Of a DNA stretch of 64,000 bases, positions 11,048 through 20,429 are shown in pieces. Position 1 is the stretch's first letter; the number at the start of each line of letters is the position of its first letter. The DNA lies in assembly GCA_965216215.1 (NCBI GenBank), contig CBDCFO010000007.1, positions 652,876-716,875 on the forward strand, in the 5' to 3' direction. The position numbers and the translations under genes were made by a program. This DNA is from Bryobacterales bacterium. Its GTDB lineage: Bacteria; Acidobacteriota; Terriglobia; Bryobacterales; UBA6623. A model generated the notes under the pieces. The model saw only the letters and a list, made by a program, of their open reading frames with translations. It was not told where the DNA came from and ran no database searches.

Positions 11048-13168
11048 CTACTCGGACACGGCGAGCGACGGCGCCCCCACAGGAAGTTCGATCGTCATCT
11101 GGGTGTACTGGCCGGGCTTGGACTCGACGTGAATCTCCCCGCCGTGCTCGCGAACGATATCGTTCGATAGAGACAGGCCCAGCCCCGTGCCCTTGTCGGT
11201 CGGTTTGGTCGTGAAGAACGGGTTGAAGATCTTGTCGACGACCTCCTGCGGCATCCCGTTGCCGTTGTCGCGAACGCGGATCAACGCCCGCCCGTCGGTT
11301 CGCTGCGTCTCGATTCGCAGGGTGGGCTCATATTCCGCCGCGCCCTCGCGCCGCCGTTCGTCGGTTGCGTAACAGGCGTTGCTCACCATGTTCAGCACGA
11401 CCCGGCCCAGATCCTGGGAAACGACATCGACCTCGCCCATGCTCGGGTCCAAGCTTTCCTCGATGGTGAGCTGGAATTCCGAATCGGTTGCCCTGGCGCT
11501 GTGGTACGCGAGGTTGGCGTGCTCCCGGACCAACACGTTGATGTCCGTCGGAACCCGGTCGCCCGAGCCCCCGCCCATCCGCAGCATGTCGTGGACAATG
11601 CGGTTCGCCCGGGCCCCGTGTTGCTGAATCGAGTCCAGGTTCTCGATCAGGTCCTGGCAGATCTCGCCGACCTCCTCGCGCTGATCTTCGCTCAGGGGCT
11701 CGCTGCCCTCGGGCAGCAGCTCTTGCAGCTCTTCGAGGAGCTCCGCTGAAACCTCCGCGAAGTTCTTCACGAAATTCAGGGGGTTCTTGATTTCATGGGC
11801 CACGCCGGCCGTGAGTTCGCCAAGCGCCGCCAGCTTTTCGCGCATGACGATCTGGTTTTGGGCAGCGCGCAGTTCCCCGAGCACGTTTTCGAGCTCGGAG
11901 TTCTTGCCCTTGAGCTCCTCTGCCAGCTTCTCGACAAGGTTCAGGCGCTGTACCTCCAGCGCGTGCCTGCGGAACACTTCGAGCGCAGCAGCCATGTCGG
12001 CCACCTCGTCGCGGCCGCGCACCTCGACCTTCGTCTCTAGATCGCCTGCCGCCATGCGGCGCATCCAAGTCGACAGCTGTTCGAGACGACGCAAGAGAAT
12101 CTTGCCAACGAACAGCCATCCAATCAGCACGGCACCGACGGTGCTGACGACATTCAGTGCGAGCAAGAACTGCCGGCCCGTCAGGATCGCTTGCTGCGAA
12201 GCTTGGGTAGCGTTCAGGGCGCTTTCACGCGCGCGGCTCACCAGGCCTTCTACCTCGGAAACAAGCGCGGTGGCCGTCGCGCGATTGGCCACCAGCAAAT
12301 TGCTTTGGAACTGGGAGAGCCGGAGCTCCTGCTCGCGCACATCGAAAATGCCCTCCTCCTGCACGCTCAAGCTCACCAATTGGTCGAATAGCGGCTCAAG
12401 TTGCGCAACCACCGGGACAGATCCAAGCGCCGCCAGATTCCGCCGGATCCCTTCGGCCGACGCCTCGAACCGCTCGCGCAACGGCTCGAGCTGAGCGCGG
12501 TCTGGCAGGCTGAATGCGTTTGCCAGCACTTGGGTGCCAATCGCGGAAGCCTCCTGAAGCTCGGCTAGCCTTCGGTACCGGTCCAATTGATCCTCGGTGA
12601 AATGCAGCTCGCGTGGGTCGGGACCCGAACTGATGTCGCTGTAACCCGTCATGGTGTAGAAGTACTGGTCATCGATCGCAGTGACGAGTATCGCGTTCAA
12701 CTCCGCTTCCACAGCCCGGAGCGAGTCTCGCAGCTCCTGGCTGCGCTCGGCCAGTTGAAACCGCACGGTGGCCGAAGCCTCGATGGATTCGAGGTTGGCT
12801 TTGAGTTCGCGTCCTCGGGCGCGCACAAGTTCGGTGCCTGCCTGGGACAGCGAGTCGACCTGGCTGGCGAACGTCTCCAGTTCAACGTCGAGTTCTTCGA
12901 TCGTGGCGCCAAGCTCTTCCACCGACTCCGCAACCGTCAGCCGCGGTGCGGCAGCGACGACCGCGGCGGCTTGCTGGGCAATTCCAAACGCGGCTGCCAT
13001 CTCGGGCACGGCACCTTCGTTCACCAGCCGCTGGGAGTCCGCCACGCGGTCGAACGAAACCCAGGCAACAACCGTAGCGAGCAGCGTCATGGCAACCGCC
13101 CCGCCGATGCCGATATACAGCTGCGATCGCAAGCGGGCGCGCAGGATGATATCGAGAACCCGACTCAC
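11048..13168 (-). CDS. Membrane sensor histidine kinase (large helical TorS-like periplasmic domain, HAMP, HisKA, HATPase_c)
   Basis: Two TM helices, HAMP (GRDEVADMAAALEVFR), H-box AGVAHEIKNPLNFV, N-box NMVSNA, DNGNGM, FFTTKP, GTGLGLS. Confidence 0.93.
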   Translation of the reverse strand: MSRVLDIILRARLRSQLYIGIGGAVAMTLLATVVAWVSFDRVADSQRLVNEGAVPEMAAAFGIAQQAAAVVAAAPRLTVAESVEELGATIEELDVELETFASQVDSLSQAGTELVRARGRELKANLESIEASATVRFQLAERSQELRDSLRAVEAELNAILVTAIDDQYFYTMTGYSDISSGPDPRELHFTEDQLDRYRRLAELQEASAIGTQVLANAFSLPDRAQLEPLRERFEASAEGIRRNLAALGSVPVVAQLEPLFDQLVSLSVQEEGIFDVREQELRLSQFQSNLLVANRATATALVSEVEGLVSRARESALNATQASQQAILTGRQFLLALNVVSTVGAVLIGWLFVGKILLRRLEQLSTWMRRMAAGDLETKVEVRGRDEVADMAAALEVFRRHALEVQRLNLVEKLAEELKGKNSELENVLGELRAAQNQIVMREKLAALGELTAGVAHEIKNPLNFVKNFAEVSAELLEELQELLPEGSEPLSEDQREEVGEICQDLIENLDSIQQHGARANRIVHDMLRMGGGSGDRVPTDINVLVREHANLAYHSARATDSEFQLTIEESLDPSMGEVDVVSQDLGRVVLNMVSNACYATDERRREGAAEYEPTLRIETQRTDGRALIRVRDNGNGMPQEVVDKIFNPFFTTKPTDKGTGLGLSLSNDIVREHGGEIHVESKPGQYTQMTIELPVGAPSLAVSE

Positions 13169-14340
13169 CGAGCCCCTCCTGGCGGGAGTCCGGAGATCTC
13201 GCCGAAGCTTCCGTCGTCGCGGATCACCGTCAGGAAGACCGCATCAGAACCTTGGTTGTCATTCTCGCCATAAGTGAGCGCCAGGCCATTTAGACTGATC
13301 GGTTCAGCCAGCAGCAAGCTGTCGAGAAAACGCTGGCGCGTGAGATCGCGGCCGGTCCGCTGAAGGCCGACGATCGCCAGCCTGCCCGCAAGGTAGCCTT
13401 CGAATGAAACGAAACCGGGCACCGATTTCGGCGAATAGGCAGCCAGCGCGCGCCGATAGGCCACGGCAGCCGGATTGGGGGACATCGGAAACGGAACCAC
13501 CTGGGAGACGAATACGCCGTCCCCACTGGTGCCCAGTTCCCTGGCCAACGCATTTCCACCCGAGAAGGAGATCGTGAAGAAAACCGGATCGAAGCCGATA
13601 TGCCTCGCCCACGCAATCGCGGCAGCTACCGGCTGGTACGCACCGACCAGCACCACAGCTTCGGGACTGTTGGCGCGCAGGTCGAGCACCGCTGTCTTCA
13701 CAGCCGTGGTGTTGCGCACGTATGAAGCCACACCGGCCGGCTCCATCCCACGCTTTTGGAGAGCATCCAGCACGCCCTGCAGACCGGCGCGGCCGTACGA
13801 GTCGTCTTGATGCAGCACAGCTATCCGGCTCAGGCTGAAGGCGGTTCGCAGATAGTCGACGATCTCCTCGGTTTCCTGATTATACGAGGCTCGCAGATTC
13901 ACGACGTTGGGGAGCTCGTCGACCTGGCGCAGCAGCGAGGCACCGGTGTACGGAGCCAGGTATGGCACCGCCGCAGCGAAGGCGATCGGAGCGGCGGAGC
14001 GCGACGTCGGCGTTCCGACCGCGCCGATCAGCGCAAAGACGGGATCGTCGCTCCCTTCAATCAATTCTCTCGTGTTGACAATCGCCTTCTCGGGTTCATA
14101 GGAGTCGTCCAGCGTCCGCAATTCCAGGCGCCGGCCATGGACTCCGCCGCGAGCGTTGACTTCGCGGAAAGCAACCTGGATTCCCAGTCGTACACCGGTG
14201 CCCAGATCCGCGGCAGGACCGGTCAGCGCAGCGGACTGGCCAAAGAGAACCCGGTCGTCCGAAATCCCCACCTCCGCTGCCCTGGCCGGCGCAACTCCCA
14301 TCACCAAGCCAACGGTGATAAACGAAAGATAGTGTTTCAT
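13165..14340 (-). CDS. Periplasmic substrate-binding protein, LivJ/PBP1 type, with no cognate permease nearby
   Basis: Signal peptide, GQSAALTGPAADLG, GGVHGRRLEL..LDDSYEP, VGTPTS, NLRASY, QDDSYG; GTGA overlap with the kinase; GAGG RBS before ATG 14340. Confidence 0.9.
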   Translation of the reverse strand: MKHYLSFITVGLVMGVAPARAAEVGISDDRVLFGQSAALTGPAADLGTGVRLGIQVAFREVNARGGVHGRRLELRTLDDSYEPEKAIVNTRELIEGSDDPVFALIGAVGTPTSRSAAPIAFAAAVPYLAPYTGASLLRQVDELPNVVNLRASYNQETEEIVDYLRTAFSLSRIAVLHQDDSYGRAGLQGVLDALQKRGMEPAGVASYVRNTTAVKTAVLDLRANSPEAVVLVGAYQPVAAAIAWARHIGFDPVFFTISFSGGNALARELGTSGDGVFVSQVVPFPMSPNPAAVAYRRALAAYSPKSVPGFVSFEGYLAGRLAIVGLQRTGRDLTRQRFLDSLLLAEPISLNGLALTYGENDNQGSDAVFLTVIRDDGSFGEISGLPPGGAR

Positions 14341-14752
14341 TCGTTCCTCGTGCTGCCCCGCGCCAATCGGTTCCTGCGGCCAGTGCCTTCGCGAGCAGCG
14401 GCCCTCGCCATGTCGATCGTGGAATGCCATGCGGGAACTCGGAGAGCCAGTCCCGCGACAGGTCCATCCGTTTCCACAGCATGCGTTTCGCTCAACGTGC
14501 CGAACGCCTGCTTCAAGCCTGCTAGCAGATTGGTGCGCCGGCCCGGATCGCACTGGATTGCAAGCTCGCGCGCGCGCCGGGATCCGCCGTACCCAAGCCT
14601 TGCGGCATTGATCGGCCGCTCTGCCAACATGCATCTCACTGTGAAAAGCATGGCTAGCCCAGGATCTTGATTAGTGCCACCCCTCCTAACTGCATCAACC
14701 CGTGCCGCTAATGACGACGAATCCGAATCGACAGGCAGACACTGTGGCTAAG

Positions 14753-15919
14753 TCAAGCCGAGCCTCCAGTATATTGGAGCGCAACGCAGGTGATGTCATC
14801 GAATTGGGGGGCATCGCCGATGAAGTCGCGTATCGCGTCAAAAACGCCTCTGATCGCAGCTTCTGGGTCGGCCGGCGGATTGCCATCGAAGACGCTACAG
14901 AGCCTCTCCATCCCGAACTGCCCTCCGGCCACGTTGCGCGCCTCGGTCACTCCATCGGTGTAGAGCACAACAATGTCGCCCGGAGTAACAGTGACGGTAC
15001 GGCATTCGTACTTCGAATTCGGGATCACGCCAAGGGCGATCCCGCCGGTCCTCGGCAGTTCACTCCCGCTTCCATCGGCATGCACGAGGACAGGGCCGTC
15101 ATGGCCCCCAGTTACGTACGTGAGACGGCCGTTGGACGGATCAAAGATCATGTAGAGCATCGTCACGAACATCATCGCCGCGTTGTCATCGGCGAGAAGG
15201 TTGTTCACGCTGGCAAGCGCCTCTCCGGGATTACTGCTGCCGATTGCTGCACCCTTCAGCATCGTCCGGGTGGACATCATGAAGAGAGCTGCGGGCACGC
15301 CCTTGCCAGACACATCGGCAACGGCGAACCCGACGCGACCGTCCCCCAGGATCATGAAATCGTAGAAGTCTCCCCCGACGGCCCGAGCGGTCCGCATGCT
15401 GGCGTGCAACTTGTACTGGGGACCTGCGGGAAATTTCTTTGGGAGGATCGACCGCTGCATCCTGCGGGCAACATCAAGCTCGTTCTCAATCTTGACCAGC
15501 CGGTCCTTTGACGCAACCGTCTCGCGCCACTCGCTGAGATTGCGCAACGTCCGTTCGATCGTAATGCGCAAGTCGGAGAAATCGACGGGCTTGGTAATGA
15601 AGTCAAAAGCCCCGCGATTCATGGCAATGCGGATGTTCTTCATGTCTCCGTAAGCGGACACGATGACGGCACGTATGTCTGGAGTGATCGGAATCCGGTC
15701 AAGCAGCTCAAGCCCGTCCATGCGGGGCATGTTGATGTCCGAGATGACTAGGTCGAAGCGTTCGGGCCCAGCAAGGATCTCCAGCGCTTCGACGCCATCG
15801 TGCGCGAACACCAGGGAATAGGTGCCGGCACGGATCTCTTGCCGCAATCTCTGTCGAAAGAGCCTTTCAAGATCAGGCTCGTCGTCCACGATGAGGATTC
15901 TGTCCGGCTGTTTAGCCAT
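14753..15919 (-). CDS. Response regulator with PP2C/SpoIIE phosphatase output (RsbU-like)
   Basis: REC (ILIVDDE, SDINMPRMDG, SAYG, TKP) followed by VGGDFYDF, VADVSGKGVPAALFM, LYTDGVTEA, DDIT. Confidence 0.94.
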   Translation of the reverse strand: MAKQPDRILIVDDEPDLERLFRQRLRQEIRAGTYSLVFAHDGVEALEILAGPERFDLVISDINMPRMDGLELLDRIPITPDIRAVIVSAYGDMKNIRIAMNRGAFDFITKPVDFSDLRITIERTLRNLSEWRETVASKDRLVKIENELDVARRMQRSILPKKFPAGPQYKLHASMRTARAVGGDFYDFMILGDGRVGFAVADVSGKGVPAALFMMSTRTMLKGAAIGSSNPGEALASVNNLLADDNAAMMFVTMLYMIFDPSNGRLTYVTGGHDGPVLVHADGSGSELPRTGGIALGVIPNSKYECRTVTVTPGDIVVLYTDGVTEARNVAGGQFGMERLCSVFDGNPPADPEAAIRGVFDAIRDFIGDAPQFDDITCVALQYTGGSA

Positions 15920-16284
15920 GCCAAGCACCTAAGCCAACGCTCCCCTTTGTCCGAGCGCGACGGGCATAGGAGGTCGCAGGGGTTCGGCCAGCGCCTTCCC
16001 CCATTATCCAACGTACGCCGTTGGCCGCTCGGCGGCAAGTCCTTCAGTCTCGAAGGAGCCCCTTCCGGGACCATGCGTGGGCACGTGGCAGCGAGCCATC
16101 GCCCGAAAACGGCAGCACGGCAATCCAGGAATCCGCAGTGGGCGCAGCGCGTCGGTCCCGGGTTGTCAGCATGCGGCTCCGCATCCGCCGTACAACGCAC
16201 GCAGTATCGCGCCCCGAACACCATCGCCGTGACGGTAGGAAGAGATCTCGCCGAACGCGATTGAGCCACAAGGCAATCACGCGG

Positions 16285-17073
16285 TCAGCTTTCCTGCGGC
16301 CTGCGGAGATCGTCGGAAAGGACAACGGCCTCTGCAACCTGCTTCATTGGAATGCGGCGCCTGCGGCTCTCTTGCTGCAATTTGAGGTAGGCTTGCTCCT
16401 CGGTCATGTTCAGGTCGCGCTGCAGGATGCCCTTTGCGCGCTCGAGCAACTTGCGGGTTTGGAGTTGCCCGGTAAGCTTGGTCACCTCGCAGTCCAGCCG
16501 CGCCCGCTCCACCTCCGCGCCGACAAGATGCCCAATCGTGGAAACCAGATTGACTTCGAGTTGCGAATGCTCGTGCCGCGCCCGATGCTGCAAGTTGACC
16601 ACTCCAATCAACCTTCCACCTGCCAGGATGGGCACCGAGAGGATCGCTTGGAAACAGTCTTCGGGAAGCTGTCTGAATACGCGGAAGCGGCTATCCAGCA
16701 TCGCGTCCCGGGCGATCGCCACGGCCTGGCAATGCTCAGCGACCCAGCCCGTGATGCCCTGCCCCACCGGGATCCGCAGGTTGTCGACCGATTCCGGATG
16801 CGGATTCTTGGAGGCCCGCAAGACGAGGTCCTGCTCTGCGAGCAGATACACGAAACAGGAGTCGGCGCCGATCACTATGTTGAGGAACTCGACGATCTGG
16901 TCAAGCACTTCGTGCAGCGGATCCGCTACGGCAAGCCTCCCGCTGATGCGATGGAGGAACTCGAGGTGCGAGTCTCCCTTGTCCAAGGGTGACCGGTCGG
17001 CGGACGGGTCCGGCGTCTCGCGCGGTTCTGCGGGATCCATCGCGTCCAGCTCCTCAATGGCTTCGGTATTCAC
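16285..17073 (-). CDS. GAF + ANTAR RNA-binding antitermination regulator
   Basis: GAF (GQGITGWVA, ILSVPI....LIGVVNLQ) plus ANTAR (RKLLERAKGILQ.....EEQAY..LQ..S.......VA); AAGGAG RBS before GTG 17073. Confidence 0.92.
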   Translation of the reverse strand: MNTEAIEELDAMDPAEPRETPDPSADRSPLDKGDSHLEFLHRISGRLAVADPLHEVLDQIVEFLNIVIGADSCFVYLLAEQDLVLRASKNPHPESVDNLRIPVGQGITGWVAEHCQAVAIARDAMLDSRFRVFRQLPEDCFQAILSVPILAGGRLIGVVNLQHRARHEHSQLEVNLVSTIGHLVGAEVERARLDCEVTKLTGQLQTRKLLERAKGILQRDLNMTEEQAYLKLQQESRRRRIPMKQVAEAVVLSDDLRRPQES

Positions 17074-17124
17074 TCCATCTCCTTCCTGCACGCTGGCACG
17101 CGCCAAGCGTGCGACAGCGTCTGG

Positions 17125-20100
17125 TCAAGCACAGGCTACGCAAGCTCCGAGGGCAGCGGCATCGGCCGCGTGCACCATGTGCATCTCCGTTGCGAGCAGC
17201 ACGTCAAGTTGCTTCTCCGGCGGCAGCAGCAAGTACACCCCGTCCCCAGCGACCTGGACGGGGAAGACTTTCAGCGCATACGGCTCGCCCGACAAACACT
17301 CGCCGGTCTCGAGAGAGAAGGGCTTCTTGTGCAGGGGGCAAGTCACTTTGGGAGTCAGATCGGCGTTGCCGGTTATGCCGCGAGCCAGCACAAAGGCGTT
17401 CTTGTGCGGGCACATGTTCTGGCAAGCGCGCCAGCCTGCCCCGCCCGCCAAGCGGAATACGGCGATCTGCGCCGCGCCGTACTTCACCGCCGCGCCCCCG
17501 CCCGGCGGGAAATCGGCGATCTTTCCGACCCGTACCCAAGACAGCTTGCGCGGCGGGCTCGTGGAGCCGTTCTGAGTGGAATCCCTCAAAGTGCGCCCGT
17601 CAGGCAGTTTGATCTGGTCCAGCAGCACGCCATCCTTGGGCCAGTCAACTGGACGGTTTTGGCCGCGCTCGCCCACGATCTCGATTCCGGGAACGATCTC
17701 GTCGGTGTTGACGAACTGCCGGAACAGCCTCCGCTTCTCGGGATCGTCGACAACTTCCTTCCACTCGCAGCGGTAGCTATCCACCAGGAACTGCATGCGC
17801 CGCTCCAACTCCTCGCAGATACCGAGCGCGTCGTGAACAACGACGTCCTTCAGGCGTTTGATCCCGCCATCGAGCTGCTCGATCCACACTGCCGTGCGGG
17901 TGAGCTTGTCAGCCGTCGAGATGTAGTACATGAAGAACCGGTCAATGAGCCGGATCGCCGTGTCCTCGTCCAGGGAAGAGGCCAGCAGATCCGCATGTCG
18001 AGGCTTCGCCCCGCCGTTGCCGCAAACGTAGAGGTTGTAGCCGGTTTCGGTCGCGATCAGCCCGATGTCCTTCGATTGCGCTTCAGCACACTCCCGGACA
18101 CAGCCCGAGACCGCTCCTTTGACCTTGTGCGGGGCGCGGATCCCACGGTATCGCTGCTCGATGCGGATGGCGAAACCGACGGAATCCTGGACCCCATAGC
18201 GGCACCAAGTCGTCCCCACACAGCTTTTGATTGTGCGCAGCGCCTTGCCGTAAGCGTGCCCGCTTTCGAACCCGGCCGCGATCAGCTCTTCCCAGATGCT
18301 AGGCAGCTGATGCACTTGCGCGCCGAACAGATCGACCCTCTGGCCGCCAGTGATTTTGGTGTAGAGCCCGTATTTCTTGGCGACGGTCCCGAGGGCGATC
18401 AGCTTGTCTGGCGTGATCTCGCCGCCCGGCACGCGGGGCACGACGCTGTAGAGCCCGCCGCGCTGCATATTCGCCAGGAAGCGGTCGTTCGTGTCTTGGA
18501 GCGTGTGATGGCTCGGGTCAGTGATGCTCTCGTTCCAGAGCGAGGCGAAGATTGACGTCGTCGCCGGCTTGCAGATCTCACACCCGGAACCGCTGCCATA
18601 GCTGCGGAGCAATTCGCCGAAGGTCTTGATTCCCTTGATCTTGATAATGTCGAAGAGATCTTGGCGGCTGTACTGGAAATGCTCGCAAAGATTCCTTTCA
18701 ACGCTCCTGCCCGCCGCTTCGAGCTCGGCGTTCAGCAAGCTCGTCACGAGGGGCAGGCAGCCGCCGCAGCCAGTCCCGGCTGCGGTGCATTCCTTGACCG
18801 CATTCACCGTGTCCAGGTCCCCATCCCGAATCGCGGCGCAGATTTCCCCCTTAGTCACGTTATTGCAGGAACAGACCTGGGAGCTATCGCCAATACCCGC
18901 GGTGCTGTCCGCCAAGCCCTCGCTGCCGACGCCCGCGAGATGCGAGGGCTTGGCCGTCAATTCCTCGCCCGTCCTGGCGAGGACCGAGAGCATCGGATAG
19001 TCGGAAGCATCACCGACGAGCACGCCTCCGACAAGCCGCTTGCCGTCAGGGCTGAACAGCAGCTTCTTGTACACGCCCGAAAATGGATCCTCCACCACGA
19101 GGGGTGGGGCCTCTTCCGGCGGGGCCTCGTAGTTGCCAAAGCTGGCAACATCGACGCCCATCAACTTGAGCTTTGTCGAGAGATCGGCGCCGGCGAAGCA
19201 CACGTCGCGGCCCACGAAGCGACCGGCGGCGACATTGGCCATGTCCCAGCCCGGGGCGATCAAGCCGTACACCATGCCGCGATGGAGGGCCGCCTCGCCA
19301 ATGGCATAGATGTCCGGATCTGAAGTCCTCAGCGCGTCGTCGACCACGACCCCGCCGCGCTCGCCAACATCCAAACCGCAATGCCTTGCGAGCTCGTCGC
19401 GGGGACGGATGCCAGCCGACACAATGATCATGTCCACGTCGAGGCGGGCTCCGTCGACGAACGCCATCCCGTTGACCTTGCCGTTGCCGAGGACTTTCCG
19501 AGTGGAGGTTTGCAAATGCACGCGGACGCCGAGCTCCTCGATCTTGCGGACGAGCAGATGGGAGCCCGCGTCATCGATCTGACGAGGCATGAGGCGCGGG
19601 GCGAATTCGACGACGTGCGTTTCCAGCCCCAGATCGTAGGCTGCCTTGGCTGCCTCCAAGCCCAGCAGGCCGCCTCCGATGACGGCGCAGCTGCGTGCGC
19701 CCTTGGCGTAATCGATGATCGCGTCGAGGTCCTCAATCGTGCGATAGACGAAGACCCCGCGCTTGTCGACGCCTTCGATCGGCGGCACGAACGGACGGGA
19801 TTCTGTCGCCAGGACCACGCGGTCGTAAGGTATTTCGAGCCCCGCCTCGGATACCACGACTCTGCGCGAGCGGTCGATCTCGCGGGCGCGGTCGCCGACA
19901 TGGATCTCGATGCCGTTCTCGCGATACCAGTCGATTCGCGCCACGGCGAGCTTGCCGGGATCACGATGAGCGAAGTACGACGTGAGGTGCACCCGGTCAT
20001 AGGCTGGGCGGAGCTCTTCGCAAAACGTGACGATGCGATAGTCGCGACGCTCATCGAACTCGACGAGCTTTTCGCAAAAGCGGTGCCCGACCAGGCCGTT

Positions 20101-20136
20101 GCCGACTACGACCGCCGTCTTCCGAGCCCCCACCAT
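17125..20136 (-). CDS. nirB: Assimilatory NAD(P)H nitrite reductase large subunit fused to a NirD-like Rieske domain
   Basis: GGGLLGLEAA, BFD-like CSCNNV/GTGCGGC, DTNDRFLANMQR, siroheme/4Fe-4S KSCVGTTWCRYG and VSGCVRECAEA; C-terminal Rieske CPHK...CPLHK; GGGAGG RBS. Confidence 0.95.
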   Translation of the reverse strand: MVGARKTAVVVGNGLVGHRFCEKLVEFDERRDYRIVTFCEELRPAYDRVHLTSYFAHRDPGKLAVARIDWYRENGIEIHVGDRAREIDRSRRVVVSEAGLEIPYDRVVLATESRPFVPPIEGVDKRGVFVYRTIEDLDAIIDYAKGARSCAVIGGGLLGLEAAKAAYDLGLETHVVEFAPRLMPRQIDDAGSHLLVRKIEELGVRVHLQTSTRKVLGNGKVNGMAFVDGARLDVDMIIVSAGIRPRDELARHCGLDVGERGGVVVDDALRTSDPDIYAIGEAALHRGMVYGLIAPGWDMANVAAGRFVGRDVCFAGADLSTKLKLMGVDVASFGNYEAPPEEAPPLVVEDPFSGVYKKLLFSPDGKRLVGGVLVGDASDYPMLSVLARTGEELTAKPSHLAGVGSEGLADSTAGIGDSSQVCSCNNVTKGEICAAIRDGDLDTVNAVKECTAAGTGCGGCLPLVTSLLNAELEAAGRSVERNLCEHFQYSRQDLFDIIKIKGIKTFGELLRSYGSGSGCEICKPATTSIFASLWNESITDPSHHTLQDTNDRFLANMQRGGLYSVVPRVPGGEITPDKLIALGTVAKKYGLYTKITGGQRVDLFGAQVHQLPSIWEELIAAGFESGHAYGKALRTIKSCVGTTWCRYGVQDSVGFAIRIEQRYRGIRAPHKVKGAVSGCVRECAEAQSKDIGLIATETGYNLYVCGNGGAKPRHADLLASSLDEDTAIRLIDRFFMYYISTADKLTRTAVWIEQLDGGIKRLKDVVVHDALGICEELERRMQFLVDSYRCEWKEVVDDPEKRRLFRQFVNTDEIVPGIEIVGERGQNRPVDWPKDGVLLDQIKLPDGRTLRDSTQNGSTSPPRKLSWVRVGKIADFPPGGGAAVKYGAAQIAVFRLAGGAGWRACQNMCPHKNAFVLARGITGNADLTPKVTCPLHKKPFSLETGECLSGEPYALKVFPVQVAGDGVYLLLPPEKQLDVLLATEMHMVHAADAAALGACVACA

Positions 20137-20366
20137 GAGCAATGCCTCCCTCGTACGCAGTTCTCCCTCCAGACTCTTCGCGGCGCGGGCGCGCCAACGG
20201 GAATCCGCTGCAACGACGGGGTTCTCAACTGATTCGGGGATCGCTCCAGAGGAGAGCGAAACGCTAAGTACGTTCCTAGTCTAGAAAGGCAGAACGCTCT
20301 CGGACCGCGGTTATCGACACGATAAGGATAATTTGGGGGGGGGGGGCATAAGAGCTAACTTATAGG

Positions 20367-20395
20367 TTGACATCACAGATTCTGCCGGGTATGAT
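20367..20395 (+). promoter_or_regulatory. Near-consensus sigma70 promoter of the IS transposase
   Basis: TTGACA-17bp-TATGAT just inside the left TIR. Confidence 0.75.
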
Positions 20396-20429
20396 TTTGG
20401 AAGGGTGGTATAGGCACCCGGCGAAAGAA

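Noticed and set aside
14337-14651. 104-aa minus ORF overlapping the SBP start (ATGA)
   Set aside because: No motif and an atypical composition; it cannot be supported as a gene.
16165-16232. Minus-strand GGCGATGGTGTTCG resembling the start of a fluoride (crcB) riboswitch
   Set aside because: The P1 partner is TCGGG rather than TCGCC, and the 3' GCTRATGAC...CTAC segment is absent.
20137-20275. ANTAR twin-hairpin target in the nirB leader
   Set aside because: Hairpins exist but lack A..G hexaloops on the coding strand; the CAACG-like motifs lie on the opposite strand.
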